The notes beneath the pieces are model-generated. The model saw nothing but the letters and a program-made list of their open reading frames with translations, was not told the origin of the DNA and did not search any database. From IMG/VR virus record IMGVR_UViG_3300036833_000216, positions 1 through 49,456 of that record: a stretch of 49,456 bases of DNA. The stretch is one strand, 5' to 3'. Numbering within the stretch: position 1 is the first letter of the stretch; every line of letters starts with the position of its first letter. This DNA comes from a virus (Duplodnaviria; Caudoviricetes). The position numbers and the translations under genes were made by a program. This document shows positions 26,809 to 35,643 of the stretch, one piece after another.

Positions 26809-27393
26809 TTAAGCGTAGCTTGACCAGTAGAGGGGTTCGTGCACCTCAATGCCGCCCATCCGCTTGCTACGGCTGCGGAAAGCGGTCCGCACGTCGTCGA
26901 TCTTGATGCCGGTTTCCTGCGCCAGCCGTCGCAGCGGCTCGCCGATGTATTTGCCGGGCAGCGGTGCGCAGTGGCCGGACATAAAGCCGGTCTCGTTGCG
27001 TTCCTGGGCGATCTCGCGCACCATCACCTGCTTGCCCTTGATCTCGACCACCTCGAAAAATTCGACGTTGGTCTGGTCGTAGCCCCAGTTCGTGTGCAGG
27101 ATCTCGCCGACCTTGTAGTCGGGCACCCAGGCGGTCCGCTTGGCGCGCAGCTCGGCTTTGAACGCCATCGACTGGCGCCGGGATTCGAAGGCCTCGCGCA
27201 CCGCCGTCTCGCGCCGCGCTTCATCGCGGTAGTAGCAGTACACGACCGGCTTTGCCTGCTTGCCGACGAACACCCGCGCCGCGGGCTTGCCGTTCTTCTC
27301 CGTGTAGAGATAGGCGACCGCATCGCTTTGCTTGTCGACTACTTTGGTCGCACCCTTGGGGATGAACGACTCGCGGCTTGGTTTGTAACGCAT
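26809..27393 (-). CDS. Conserved phage early protein
   Basis: KVGEILHTNWGYDQTNVEFFEVV...YWSSYA motif; GAGGACAAA leader. Confidence 0.7.
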   Translation of the reverse strand: MRYKPSRESFIPKGATKVVDKQSDAVAYLYTEKNGKPAARVFVGKQAKPVVYCYYRDEARRETAVREAFESRRQSMAFKAELRAKRTAWVPDYKVGEILHTNWGYDQTNVEFFEVVEIKGKQVMVREIAQERNETGFMSGHCAPLPGKYIGEPLRRLAQETGIKIDDVRTAFRSRSKRMGGIEVHEPLYWSSYA

Positions 27394-27415
27394 TGGTGAT
27401 TTGTCCTCGTTTTCT

Positions 27416-27721
27416 TTAGGCGCCGATCGCGGCGTAGTATCCGGCAGCGGTCACGCGATAGCGGCCGATGCCGTCTGTGGTGGTCCCCGTTAGGGCTTTG
27501 AACTTGGCAACGCTGCCGGTGAAAAACACGACGGCCTCTTTCACCATGGCCATTGTGTAGGGGTCGAGATCGACCACCGCGTCGATCGGCATTTTCCAGT
27601 TCACCTTGTCGGCGACGGCCTCGAACGCGACCTTCAGCTCGCCCTGAGTGACCGCCCGGCCCATGACATTGGCCACAATCATCTTGGCGAACTCGACTTC
27701 GTTGGCTTGCAGCGTAGACAT
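27416..27721 (-). CDS. Hypothetical early protein
   Basis: AFEAVADKVNWK.PIDA...EAV.FFTG...V.AAGYY; first gene after promoter copy 3. Confidence 0.65.
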   Translation of the reverse strand: MSTLQANEVEFAKMIVANVMGRAVTQGELKVAFEAVADKVNWKMPIDAVVDLDPYTMAMVKEAVVFFTGSVAKFKALTGTTTDGIGRYRVTAAGYYAAIGA

Positions 27722-27752
27722 TGTTCCTAGTTCCTTTCCTCTGACACGATAC

Positions 27753-27780
27753 ATATAGGGCGTCAGGCCCTATGTGCAAG
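27753..27780 (-). promoter_or_regulatory. Early-type promoter with TAGGGC-N5-GCCCTA operator (copy 3)
   Basis: Minus strand CTTGCACATAGGGCCTGACGCCCTATAT. Confidence 0.75.
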
Positions 27781-27835
27781 ACATGCGTATGGTATGGCAA
27801 TAGGCAACGCTGCGACATCTTGCCTATACGCACAC

Positions 27836-27866
27836 CTTGCATCTAGGGCGCCACGCCCTATATATA
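27836..27866 (+). promoter_or_regulatory. Early-type promoter with TAGGGC-N5-GCCCTA operator (copy 4, divergent)
   Basis: CTTGCATCTAGGGCGCCACGCCCTATATATA. Confidence 0.75.
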
Positions 27867-28183
27867 CTGTGTCGGTGAGAGAGAAACAGGAAAGGAACCC
27901 AGTCCCATGAGCGCCTCCTATGTTGACCTTCTGTTCCGCGTGAAGCGGGGAAAGGTGCGGAAATAAGCGGCCAGATGGCCGCTCAATCAGGCCGGTGAGC
28001 GCCGCGGTGTTTGGCACGTCGACAACGACGAAATCGCGAGCTTGCTTTTGGGACGCCGGTCTTGTTGAGCGACTACGTGTGCGGCCGACCGAAATCAGGC
28101 GGCCAGATCAGGAGGTGATCCAGTTTGAGCGGCGGTGCCGCTCCGCCGGGATCAACCCGAAACGAGGACAGAAGGAAAGTGAC

Positions 28184-28510
28184 ATGAGTAAACCGCATTG
28201 GAAACCGCGCAACGTCAAGCTGACGGGCAATGGCGCACTGACGAAAGCGCAGAAGCTCGGCGGCGAGTATGTGAATCCGGAGGGGAAAAAAGATTGGTTC
28301 GCCGACGAAGGGTTCGAGCTGTCGCGTAAAGGGCTCGAGCGCATGCAGGCGAACGGCTGGCAAGGCTATGCCAACGGCTACGGCACCAAAAAAAAGCGCC
28401 AACGGAAGCTGACGGCGGCTGAGGTCAAGGTTTGGATCGCCGCCAACTACGCCCAGGCGCAAGCGATGCTGGCGGAGCTGGCACCGGCGCCGCTGCGGCT
28501 GGCCGCGTAA
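28184..28510 (+). CDS. Hypothetical basic protein
   Basis: AAGGA RBS, ATG 28184, Lys/Arg-rich. Confidence 0.6.
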   Translation: MSKPHWKPRNVKLTGNGALTKAQKLGGEYVNPEGKKDWFADEGFELSRKGLERMQANGWQGYANGYGTKKKRQRKLTAAEVKVWIAANYAQAQAMLAELAPAPLRLAA

Positions 28511-28521
28511 CGGAGGGACAG

Positions 28522-28794
28522 ATGACATTCAACATTCACACGTTCGGCAGTACCGGCGAGGCCTACGACGCCAGCCAGTGCGATGACAACATCAAGAACG
28601 GCGACGTGCTGATCGTGCCGAGCGAACGCGTCGCGGGCGTCCTGGTCGAGGCGTGGCCAGTCGCGGTGTCGGAAGCGACCGGACACTTTCACCGGTTCAA
28701 CGATGACGCCGACGTCTCGGCGTTCCCGAGCGTGCGCGGTGACAAAGTCTACGACTACAGCGCCGCCGTCGCGTTCGCCAAAGCCGCGTTCTAG
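28522..28794 (+). CDS. Hypothetical phage protein
   Basis: F.STGEAYDASQCD..IK.GDVL.VP.E.V.G....AWPVAV motif; GGAGG RBS. Confidence 0.7.
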   Translation: MTFNIHTFGSTGEAYDASQCDDNIKNGDVLIVPSERVAGVLVEAWPVAVSEATGHFHRFNDDADVSAFPSVRGDKVYDYSAAVAFAKAAF

Positions 28795-29034
28795 GCTTGA
28801 GCGTCATCCCTGAAACTGGCACCCGGCGCCCAGGATGCCTATATGCATGCGCGGCGGGGCGACTCGGTGACCGACGATGATGCCCCTTTGGTTTTGGGAA
28901 GATGACCTACCCTGCAAGGGCCTTACGACGTGCAGTGGCGAGGATGGCTACTGGACAGAGTTCCTTATTTGGTTCGATCCACCCGGCAATCGAAACTGGT
29001 AACCCCTGACTCAGTCATCACAGGAACGACGGCC

Positions 29035-29292
29035 ATGATCTCGGAATTCACCCCGTCAGGCATCAAAGTGATTGCACTGAAGACTGGCTTCGAGATCGTT
29101 CGGGGTCAACTCTATACAGTGCGCGGAATGGTCATCAACCGCCATTGGCGAACGCGCGAGCCCGATCCTCATGTTCTATTCGAGGAGGTCGGCAGGCCGA
29201 AGGGTCGAATTGGAGAGGTGGGCTACCCGCGCGATGCGTTCGATATTCCCGCCTTGCCGACCGTCTCCCGCGAGCTGGAAATGGCGGAATAG
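29035..29292 (+). CDS. Hypothetical protein
   Basis: AGGA RBS; GQLYTVR...VLFEE pattern. Confidence 0.5.
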   Translation: MISEFTPSGIKVIALKTGFEIVRGQLYTVRGMVINRHWRTREPDPHVLFEEVGRPKGRIGEVGYPRDAFDIPALPTVSRELEMAE

Positions 29293-29317
29293 GAGTCGCA
29301 GTCGATGACCAGCAGCC

Positions 29318-29716
29318 ATGAATGAGGCGGCGATTAGGGCCGTTGTGGACGATCAAGCGAATGATGATGGCCTGTGGTTCATTCCGGTGACAATCACCGA
29401 GGACTATCTTCAGCGCGCCTTGCGCCGACTCCATGCCGCGATCGAGGGTAAATCGCCGCAGCAGTGTGCCATCGAAACACTGGTCGAATTGGAACGGAGT
29501 GAGTCAACAATGACAGCCAAGCAATACAAGGCGGCGCTGAAGCAGATCGGCATCTCGAATTACGCGGCAGCGCCGTGGCTCGGGATTGCGCTGCGCACCG
29601 CCCAGAACTACGCCAGCGGCGAGCGCCCGGTTCCGGAACCGACGGCGCGGCTGTTGCGTTTGGTGGTCAATCTCAAGCTCGATCGCGATAAGGCGGCGCA
29701 GCTGTGGACGACCTAA
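29318..29716 (+). CDS. Protein with C-terminal XRE/Cro-like HTH (possible internal start at 29510)
   Basis: MTAKQYKAALKQIGISNYAAAPWLGIALRTAQNYASGERPVPEPTARLLRL; GGAG RBS before ATG 29510. Confidence 0.7.
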   Translation: MNEAAIRAVVDDQANDDGLWFIPVTITEDYLQRALRRLHAAIEGKSPQQCAIETLVELERSESTMTAKQYKAALKQIGISNYAAAPWLGIALRTAQNYASGERPVPEPTARLLRLVVNLKLDRDKAAQLWTT

Positions 29717-29982
29717 CCGCGAAGGCCAACTTCGACTGGGATGATCCGGCGCACAGGGCGCGCGCGCTCGAGGTCCTGGGCCCGGACTGTTACAACGCGG
29801 CATTGCTCGAGCATCGGCGCCGCTCCACCGTCAGCATCATCAATGGCCATGCCATCCATGCGGTAACGTCGCGCTTTGGCCGGATCTTCACGGTCGGCGA
29901 CAGCGGCCGCGCTTTCGCCAAGCTCGATGATGCCCGCGCCTTCGCGCGCGGCATCAATTCGGACCCCGAGCGCGTAGCTTAA
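29704..29982 (+). CDS. Hypothetical protein
   Basis: Overlapping downstream ORF; last of the rightward block. Confidence 0.5.
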   Translation: MDDLTAKANFDWDDPAHRARALEVLGPDCYNAALLEHRRRSTVSIINGHAIHAVTSRFGRIFTVGDSGRAFAKLDDARAFARGINSDPERVA

Positions 29983-30211
29983 GATCGTCCAACTCTTCGC
30001 GCAGCGCGTTCTCGAACCAGTCGCGCGCCCGCTGCCGATCTTCCGCATCGTTGATCGCCGACAGCACTATCGCCGTGGTCGTCGCCAGCGAATTGAGCAC
30101 CTCGAACACATGCATGCGATCGGGGTCGAACCGCTGATAGTGTGCGCGCACTGCCATCATCATTCGCGTGGTGAGTTGCTGGGTCGCTTCGGCATCAAGA
30201 TCATCAGGCAT
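29954..30211 (-). CDS. Hypothetical protein
   Basis: 85-aa helical ORF at the end of the leftward operon. Confidence 0.5.
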   Translation of the reverse strand: MPDDLDAEATQQLTTRMMMAVRAHYQRFDPDRMHVFEVLNSLATTTAIVLSAINDAEDRQRARDWFENALREELDDLKLRARGPN

Positions 30212-30235
30212 CGATCGCGGGCCATTGCGGGACAG

Positions 30236-30484
30236 TTATGATTTTTCCGGGGTGTTGAAATGCAGGCAGATCAGCGTCGCGATATCCTCGGCGACGGATT
30301 TGTAATCAAGATCAATCCGCACGTTCATAATGGCGAGCTGGCACACCGCTGCGCCTTTCTCGTCATGCAACGTCACGGTTTGGCCAACAACAGAGGAGTA
30401 CGGAACCTTTTTAGCGGTCAAAAACATTGGTCGGTCTCCAGGAAATCCGTCGAGGGTTCCACGAACATTTCCGGTCACCCACAA
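30236..30484 (-). CDS. Hypothetical protein
   Basis: ORF in the leftward array; start uncertain. Confidence 0.4.
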   Translation of the reverse strand: MWVTGNVRGTLDGFPGDRPMFLTAKKVPYSSVVGQTVTLHDEKGAAVCQLAIMNVRIDLDYKSVAEDIATLICLHFNTPEKS

Positions 30485-30590
30485 CCCTGTCAGGACGATG
30501 CGCGTCGTTCTCGCCTACTAGGACTTCATCGATCTGGTCCCTATCGCGGTTCCATTTCTCCGTCCGTTCGCTCGGCATCTCGTATCTGGC

Positions 30591-30827
30591 TTAGGGCGGC
30601 AACGGCGACGGGGCTCCAGAAATCATGCCCGTGCCCTCAGTACCGACAATTGAGAGGCCGTAATGCCTGCCGATTTGAGTGCTTGGCGAAGCGCAGGTAT
30701 CCGGGTCTAGAGCCCATGCCAACGCCTGCTTCGCAGCATACAATGCGTCGTAGGTCTCGCCCGAAGGCGTCTGCTGGCACAGTTCCATCAGCTTGTCGTG
30801 TTCACGTTGAATGAAGCTCATTTTCAT
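30591..30827 (-). CDS. Hypothetical protein
   Basis: LYAAKQALAWALDP....SP motif. Confidence 0.55.
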   Translation of the reverse strand: MKMSFIQREHDKLMELCQQTPSGETYDALYAAKQALAWALDPDTCASPSTQIGRHYGLSIVGTEGTGMISGAPSPLPP

Positions 30828-30983
30828 CTCCTTTGGTTAGTGGTTCTGACCGACACTCTGGGTAACGGAATCATCGAGCCCGAGCCCATCAGCGGTCCGG
30901 GTGGGGGCAACTCTCTTTTGACCATGGTCATCGGACCGTCCCTCTTGCTCTCTTGCGAGCACGAAAGTTGGATTTTGGGGCTC

Positions 30984-31229
30984 TTAAGAGCCCACCAACT
31001 TGGTATTCTCGGGCCGCTTCATTTGGAACTCAGCCGCCCGTACAAGGTTGGCGGCGTCGTTGCGTAGCGGCTCGTCTGAGTAGTACCAACGGCGGAAGAT
31101 CGAGCGCCAGCCGGTGTTCTCGGTCGCCATTCGGTGCAAGATGCCGAGCGCTTCACGTAGCAGATAGTGGTCGCTTGGAAGCTGCGGAGTTCCCATAACA
31201 GAGTTTGGCGTAGTGTATCCTTTGCTCAT
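30984..31229 (-). CDS. Hypothetical protein
   Basis: GAGGA RBS; 81 aa. Confidence 0.55.
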   Translation of the reverse strand: MSKGYTTPNSVMGTPQLPSDHYLLREALGILHRMATENTGWRSIFRRWYYSDEPLRNDAANLVRAAEFQMKRPENTKLVGS

Positions 31230-31253
31230 TTATTCCTCGTTCTCGGCCATTCG

Positions 31254-31667
31254 TCACACGTTCAGCTTCAGACCATGCTTGGCGAGCACGGCATTGATGC
31301 GGGTGATCACCTGCGTCCCGACATTTGGTTGTCGACGCAACTTGTCTTCGCTGATCGTCAGCAAGTCGCGCACCGTCCGCAGGAACCGGCGCTCGGCAGC
31401 ATTCGCGCGGCTTGCTTCATAACGATTCCAATTGTCGAAAATCTTGCGCACACGCTTGACGTAATCGAGCCCCCAGTCGACCTGATCAAGCGGGCACTCG
31501 AGAAATGCAAAATCGAGCGGGACCGACTTGAACTCGTCTGCCTTCAACGTCGCGATCATCATCGCCCGTTCCAGTAACCGCAACGCTTCGGCAACCCTGG
31601 ACGTCGCCTGCAGGATCATGTTGATCGGGTTCTCGTCGGCGGCCTTGTCCTCCGCATCGCCCATCAT
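31254..31667 (-). CDS. Protein with RNA polymerase alpha-CTD-like domain
   Basis: C-terminus RTVRDLLTISEDKLRRQPNVGTQVITRINAVLAKHGLKL parallels RpoA CTD [37 protein letters not shown]. Confidence 0.65.
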   Translation of the reverse strand: MMGDAEDKAADENPINMILQATSRVAEALRLLERAMMIATLKADEFKSVPLDFAFLECPLDQVDWGLDYVKRVRKIFDNWNRYEASRANAAERRFLRTVRDLLTISEDKLRRQPNVGTQVITRINAVLAKHGLKLNV

Positions 31668-31873
31668 GTGTCCTCATCCGCGTCGTAGAGACAGACGGCC
31701 ACGATCGCCGCAGGATCGATGAACAATTCGCTGTCATGCATCACCAGCAAATTGAGCGTGGTGTTGAATCGCGCTTTGCCGATAAACGGCCCAGGATCGC
31801 CTGTCACGTACACCGAAATCGTTTGATCGTCGGCACGCGCCAGAATGTCCTCGATCTGGCTGAGAGTCATCAT
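31664..31873 (-). CDS. Hypothetical small beta protein
   Basis: ATGA-coupled; FIDPAAIVAV terminus. Confidence 0.55.
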   Translation of the reverse strand: MMTLSQIEDILARADDQTISVYVTGDPGPFIGKARFNTTLNLLVMHDSELFIDPAAIVAVCLYDADEDT

Positions 31874-32127
31874 GGCTTGTCACACGCGAGCTTGATTGAA
31901 CGCGGATCGTCGGGACGCCCGGCGGTGGTGATGATGGCGTTAGCGCCACAGCGGCGGCACTCGACGACAAAATACCCGATGCGCGGCGCGGGCCACGGCA
32001 GTGCGTCCTTGCAGCCCTCGCGGCCTTGCGAGAGATCGAGATCTTTGCCCAACGGAAAAAGTGGGTTCGGCTGCAGCCTCGGCGACTCGCCGCGATCGAT
32101 CCAGTGAATTTTGAAGTCGGCGCTCAT
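31870..32127 (-). CDS. Hypothetical Cys-containing protein
   Basis: PNP.FP.G.DLD...C...LP.PA...G...VEC..CG...ITTAGRPDDPRS..LAC. Confidence 0.65.
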   Translation of the reverse strand: MSADFKIHWIDRGESPRLQPNPLFPLGKDLDLSQGREGCKDALPWPAPRIGYFVVECRRCGANAIITTAGRPDDPRSIKLACDKP

Positions 32128-32276
32128 GGCCCTGGCATCGCCACCATCCTGGCCCGCAAATCGCGCTCGCGCCTCGGTGCAAACAACGCGATGATTGCTT
32201 CGGCGGCTTCATCAGCACTAGCGATTTCACCGCGTCGGTAGCGGTGGAGAATCTCGATTACTTGATCACGGATCAT
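32124..32276 (-). CDS. 50-aa hypothetical protein (not in the ORF track)
   Basis: MIRDQVIEILHRYRRGEI...; GGAGGG RBS; ATGA overlap with the next gene. Confidence 0.5.
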   Translation of the reverse strand: MIRDQVIEILHRYRRGEIASADEAAEAIIALFAPRRERDLRARMVAMPGP

Positions 32277-32284
32277 GTTCCCTC

Positions 32285-32983
32285 CTATTGCGCTGGCAGC
32301 AATTTACGCGCCTCGGTGTATTGCCGCTCGAGCTGGGACACGGCCTTGTAGCCCTGGTGGAACGCCATGCCGCGCAATATCGGCATGCCGCTGTCGATCG
32401 ATTCCAACACCTCAGCGCGGGTCGCCAGCCGTCCCTCGCGATAAAACGCAATGTCGATTGGCGCGCCCAGCTCGAACAACAACCCGGCCTTGCCGCGATC
32501 CGGCCGAAACGGCCGAAAACTTTGCGTGATATAGATCGCCACCGCGCCGGGATTGCGATCGAGATGCTCGCCCGGCGGCGAGATCGAGCCCTCCGGCAGA
32601 TCGACCGTGTTCCTCCGCATGCGCGGCTGCGTCAGAAACGGGCAGGCCCGCACCGCATATTCAGCGCAATCGCGATGGCTCGGCGGTTCGCTGATTATCC
32701 GGTTGACTATGCACATGGGGCCCAAGACAAAAGCTAACCGGTGCCCTAGCGACTGGCCGCACAGCCAGCACAGTTTCTGCTTCACCGCGCGCTGCATCTT
32801 GATCCAATCAAATGCGCGGAAGTCATGGGTGCCATCGCCGAGCTTGGACACGAACCAGGGCACGATATAGCCGCTCGGCGCCACCGGCAGATGCGCCATG
32901 CGGCGCGGCACCGGAATGTTGCTGGTACGCGCATTAAGACGCGTTTTCATCTCAGCGACAAAATCATCAGGTGTGCGCTTCAT
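32285..32983 (-). CDS. Conserved phage Cys/His-rich (probable Zn-binding) protein
   Basis: GYIVPWFV...LCWLCG...GPMC...EPPSH.DCAEYA..ACPFL. Confidence 0.75.
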   Translation of the reverse strand: MKRTPDDFVAEMKTRLNARTSNIPVPRRMAHLPVAPSGYIVPWFVSKLGDGTHDFRAFDWIKMQRAVKQKLCWLCGQSLGHRLAFVLGPMCIVNRIISEPPSHRDCAEYAVRACPFLTQPRMRRNTVDLPEGSISPPGEHLDRNPGAVAIYITQSFRPFRPDRGKAGLLFELGAPIDIAFYREGRLATRAEVLESIDSGMPILRGMAFHQGYKAVSQLERQYTEARKLLPAQ

Positions 32984-33195
32984 TCGTGCTGTCCTTCGAC
33001 TTGTTGGATGAATTCGGCAGGCGATAGGCCTTGCTTGACCGCCTGCACCACGGCATCGGGTCCAGTGCCCAGCTGGACGCCGATGGCGGTCATTTCCGTC
33101 ACGTAGGCGAGCGGGCGGGTGAGATCGCTGCTCGGCGGACGATCATCGTGCGGCCACAGCGGACGTTCATCGATTAACGCATTCACGCGTGTCAT
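32980..33195 (-). CDS. Hypothetical protein
   Basis: ATG 33195; ATGA-coupled to the downstream gene. Confidence 0.45.
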   Translation of the reverse strand: MTRVNALIDERPLWPHDDRPPSSDLTRPLAYVTEMTAIGVQLGTGPDAVVQAVKQGLSPAEFIQQVEGQHE

Positions 33196-33197
33196 GC

Positions 33198-33605
33198 TCA
33201 GTACCTGCAGCGCCAATGCCAGACACCATGATAGCGGAATTCCTCGCGCCGTCCGGGCGCACAGATATCGCGCGGCTTGTCCGGCGCAGCGGGCGGTGCT
33301 TGCAACGTCGCGCGCTCTTGCGGCGTGGTGTCGAGCGGCGGCGGCTTGTCCTCCGGCGGGCTCGAGACTTGCAGCGCCGGAATGAGATGCGGCCGCAGCG
33401 GCACGCGCAGCTGCTCCAGCTCCTCGGTCCAATTCTGCATTGGCATTCGGATCGGCAACTCGAGCCGCCGGACGATCGTCATGCCATCGCCGTCGCGGGC
33501 CAGCACCGGCGACGCCACTTCCTGCATTGATTGACCGAGCAGATAACCGGCGCCCAGAGCGGCCAGGGCGACGATGGCAAGATCACGTTCGCGGTACATT
33601 CGCAT
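33198..33605 (-). CDS. Membrane-anchored Pro-rich protein
   Basis: N-terminal TM, Pro-rich stalk, C-terminal DIC...WHWRC; GGAGG RBS. Confidence 0.55.
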   Translation of the reverse strand: MRMYRERDLAIVALAALGAGYLLGQSMQEVASPVLARDGDGMTIVRRLELPIRMPMQNWTEELEQLRVPLRPHLIPALQVSSPPEDKPPPLDTTPQERATLQAPPAAPDKPRDICAPGRREEFRYHGVWHWRCRY

Positions 33606-33942
33606 CGGTTTGTCCTCCCGAGCTTTCAGTCAACTTGTTGCAAGCCGTTTCGACGCTGGTCAGTATTTTCTGAGCGCAATGGAGCTGTTCGCGTGTTGAT
33701 TCTAGCTCGTCGAACAGCCGTTCAATCGCGCGCGTGCGGCGCTGTGCGGGCGGATCGCGATAGAGAATGCGCTCCGCCATTCCGCGCAAAACATAATCAT
33801 TCTTGCGATCGCCTTCGCAAAACATCAGCACCAGCCGGGCCAAGAGTATGCCCGCCATGGCACGGTCCAGCTGCGTCAGCTCGGCCGGTTCATCGGTGAA
33901 GTCAAAACCGACACCTTGATCTTTGATCGTGAATTTCAGCAT
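33583..33942 (-). CDS. Hypothetical protein
   Basis: ATG 33942 (MLKFTIKDQ). Confidence 0.45.
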   Translation of the reverse strand: MLKFTIKDQGVGFDFTDEPAELTQLDRAMAGILLARLVLMFCEGDRKNDYVLRGMAERILYRDPPAQRRTRAIERLFDELESTREQLHCAQKILTSVETACNKLTESSGGQTDANVPRT

Positions 33943-34108
33943 CGCCCAGCCCTTGAAGGCGAACCGACGGCACCGTCGGAGGTGAATTCGTAACCGGGTT
34001 GACCGCGGCGCCGTCGGCCTTGAGGCACAGGCCTCAAGCTCTGTTAGAAGTGGCCGCCCGAGCCTAGAGGCACCCAAACCCGGGCGGCCGTTCCCCTCTT
34101 CCGCGCTG

Positions 34109-34444
34109 TCATCCGGACGCGGTCGAGGAAGCTTCCAACTCTTTGACCGCCCAGCCGTGCAGCAAGTCGGCGATCTCGACCGGGTGCTCGGCGAGTACCT
34201 GATCGTTCTGGGAATGCAGCGATTTGGCGAGCAACATCATGTCGTAATAGCTCAGCCGTGAGAGTTGCTGAGCAATCGATTGCAGAGCGCTGCTACGTGG
34301 CACCGGCGAATGCTCCGGGTGGGTCGATCCGAGCGATGCGACCGGCTCGGGCCCGTTGGGTTTGTTGGCTGGTTGTAGTGTTCGCAGCCTCTCGTGCACG
34401 ACTTTGCTGATATCGCCGGTTAGTCCTTGTCCTTGGTCTGTCAC
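34109..34444 (-). CDS. Hypothetical protein
   Basis: AAGGAGG RBS before GTG 34444. Confidence 0.55.
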   Translation of the reverse strand: MTDQGQGLTGDISKVVHERLRTLQPANKPNGPEPVASLGSTHPEHSPVPRSSALQSIAQQLSRLSYYDMMLLAKSLHSQNDQVLAEHPVEIADLLHGWAVKELEASSTASG

Positions 34445-34476
34445 CTGCTTGTCCTCCTTGCGTGGTGAGTAGTAGT

Positions 34477-35643
34477 CTACTTGTCGGTTTCCCAACCTCT
34501 TTGCCAAGCCGTGACCAGGGCCTGATTGTCCCGATACTCTGGCGGCACCGCGCGCTTCTGCTGGCCGCGGTTACGATCGGCAATGCCGCGCTGGCGGGCG
34601 GCTTCGATCGGATCGGTGAATAGATTAGAGGGAGCGGCGGCCGGGCTCGAATCAGCCGCCGCTCCAGCCGCCGAGCGTTCCGGTTCAGCGGCAGCACTCG
34701 CCGGGGTTTTGGTCTCCGCGGCCGAGTGTTCCTGATTCGTTGATGATTCGGTCTCTGATTCGGTCAGCGGCGCTGATGCATCGGTTTCGGATGGCAATGA
34801 TTCGTTTTGCTTGTCCCCAGGTTCGTCATCGGGTGCAAATACATCGAAGGCGTTTTGCAGGGACGTCGGCCGCGGTGCGGGCTTCACCGCCTCGCGTTTA
34901 TCGCCAGCGCCCTGGAAGTCGTACAGGGAGTCATCTGCGTGAATGAGCCGGTCGAGATCAGTGCTCATGGGCAACGACTTGGCGTGATGTTTGACGACGG
35001 TTTTTATGGCCATCTCAGAATACGATTCCTTGACGCTCCAAGGGCCCTTGCGCGAACGCGAGAATTTTTTGCGAATGTCCTCGACTTCCTCGATCGGCAT
35101 CACGTCGCGTGAGATCGTGCCATCATTGAACACGGCAATCGAATACACGTATTTGATCGGCCGGGTGCGGCCGCCGGGCTTGGGCTTGTGGCGGATAAAC
35201 GGTTCATCGCCCAGCTCGTAAGCGAACTCGTCACCCTCATAAACTGCGTGCGCATGCAGATCCTTGATCTCGCCTGAATTGCGAACCTTCTTGCGAATGC
35301 CAAAGATCATCGGAAGGTAGCCTGCGAGATCGGCGCGGCTGCGGGCTCGAGGGCTGTCGTCGTCTGTCTCTTCGCCGAACGGGACAATCGCGGCCTCACG
35401 ACCGTCCGGAAGCAACCCGTCCTGGGCGCAGCGCACCGCGGCATTGAAAAAGCTCTGCTTACTGCAGGCCATCAGTTTGTGATTGTTCTGCAGCGCAGTC
35501 ATCACCACGCGAAGAAACCGCTCGACTGGGATATGCGCCGGAAGGGCCATCTTGAACTGATCGCTCATGCGATTTACGTCCGCGCGCCACTCGTCGATCA
35601 GACGGACGGCCTTGCCACTAGTCGGCTGCAATTCGTTGCTCAT
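34477..35643 (-). CDS. recT: RecT family single-strand annealing recombinase
   Basis: ALPAHIPVERFLRV...AQDGLLPDGREAAIVPF...VYEGDEF.YELG...EMAIKTVVKH.AKSLPMS; ATG 35643. Confidence 0.93.
   Translation of the reverse strand: MSNELQPTSGKAVRLIDEWRADVNRMSDQFKMALPAHIPVERFLRVVMTALQNNHKLMACSKQSFFNAAVRCAQDGLLPDGREAAIVPFGEETDDDSPRARSRADLAGYLPMIFGIRKKVRNSGEIKDLHAHAVYEGDEFAYELGDEPFIRHKPKPGGRTRPIKYVYSIAVFNDGTISRDVMPIEEVEDIRKKFSRSRKGPWSVKESYSEMAIKTVVKHHAKSLPMSTDLDRLIHADDSLYDFQGAGDKREAVKPAPRPTSLQNAFDVFAPDDEPGDKQNESLPSETDASAPLTESETESSTNQEHSAAETKTPASAAAEPERSAAGAAADSSPAAAPSNLFTDPIEAARQRGIADRNRGQQKRAVPPEYRDNQALVTAWQRGWETDK

Noticed and set aside
28965-28990. GGTTCGATCC as a tRNA T-arm
   Set aside because: The loop is 6 nt and no acceptor, D or anticodon arms or CCA end could be built.
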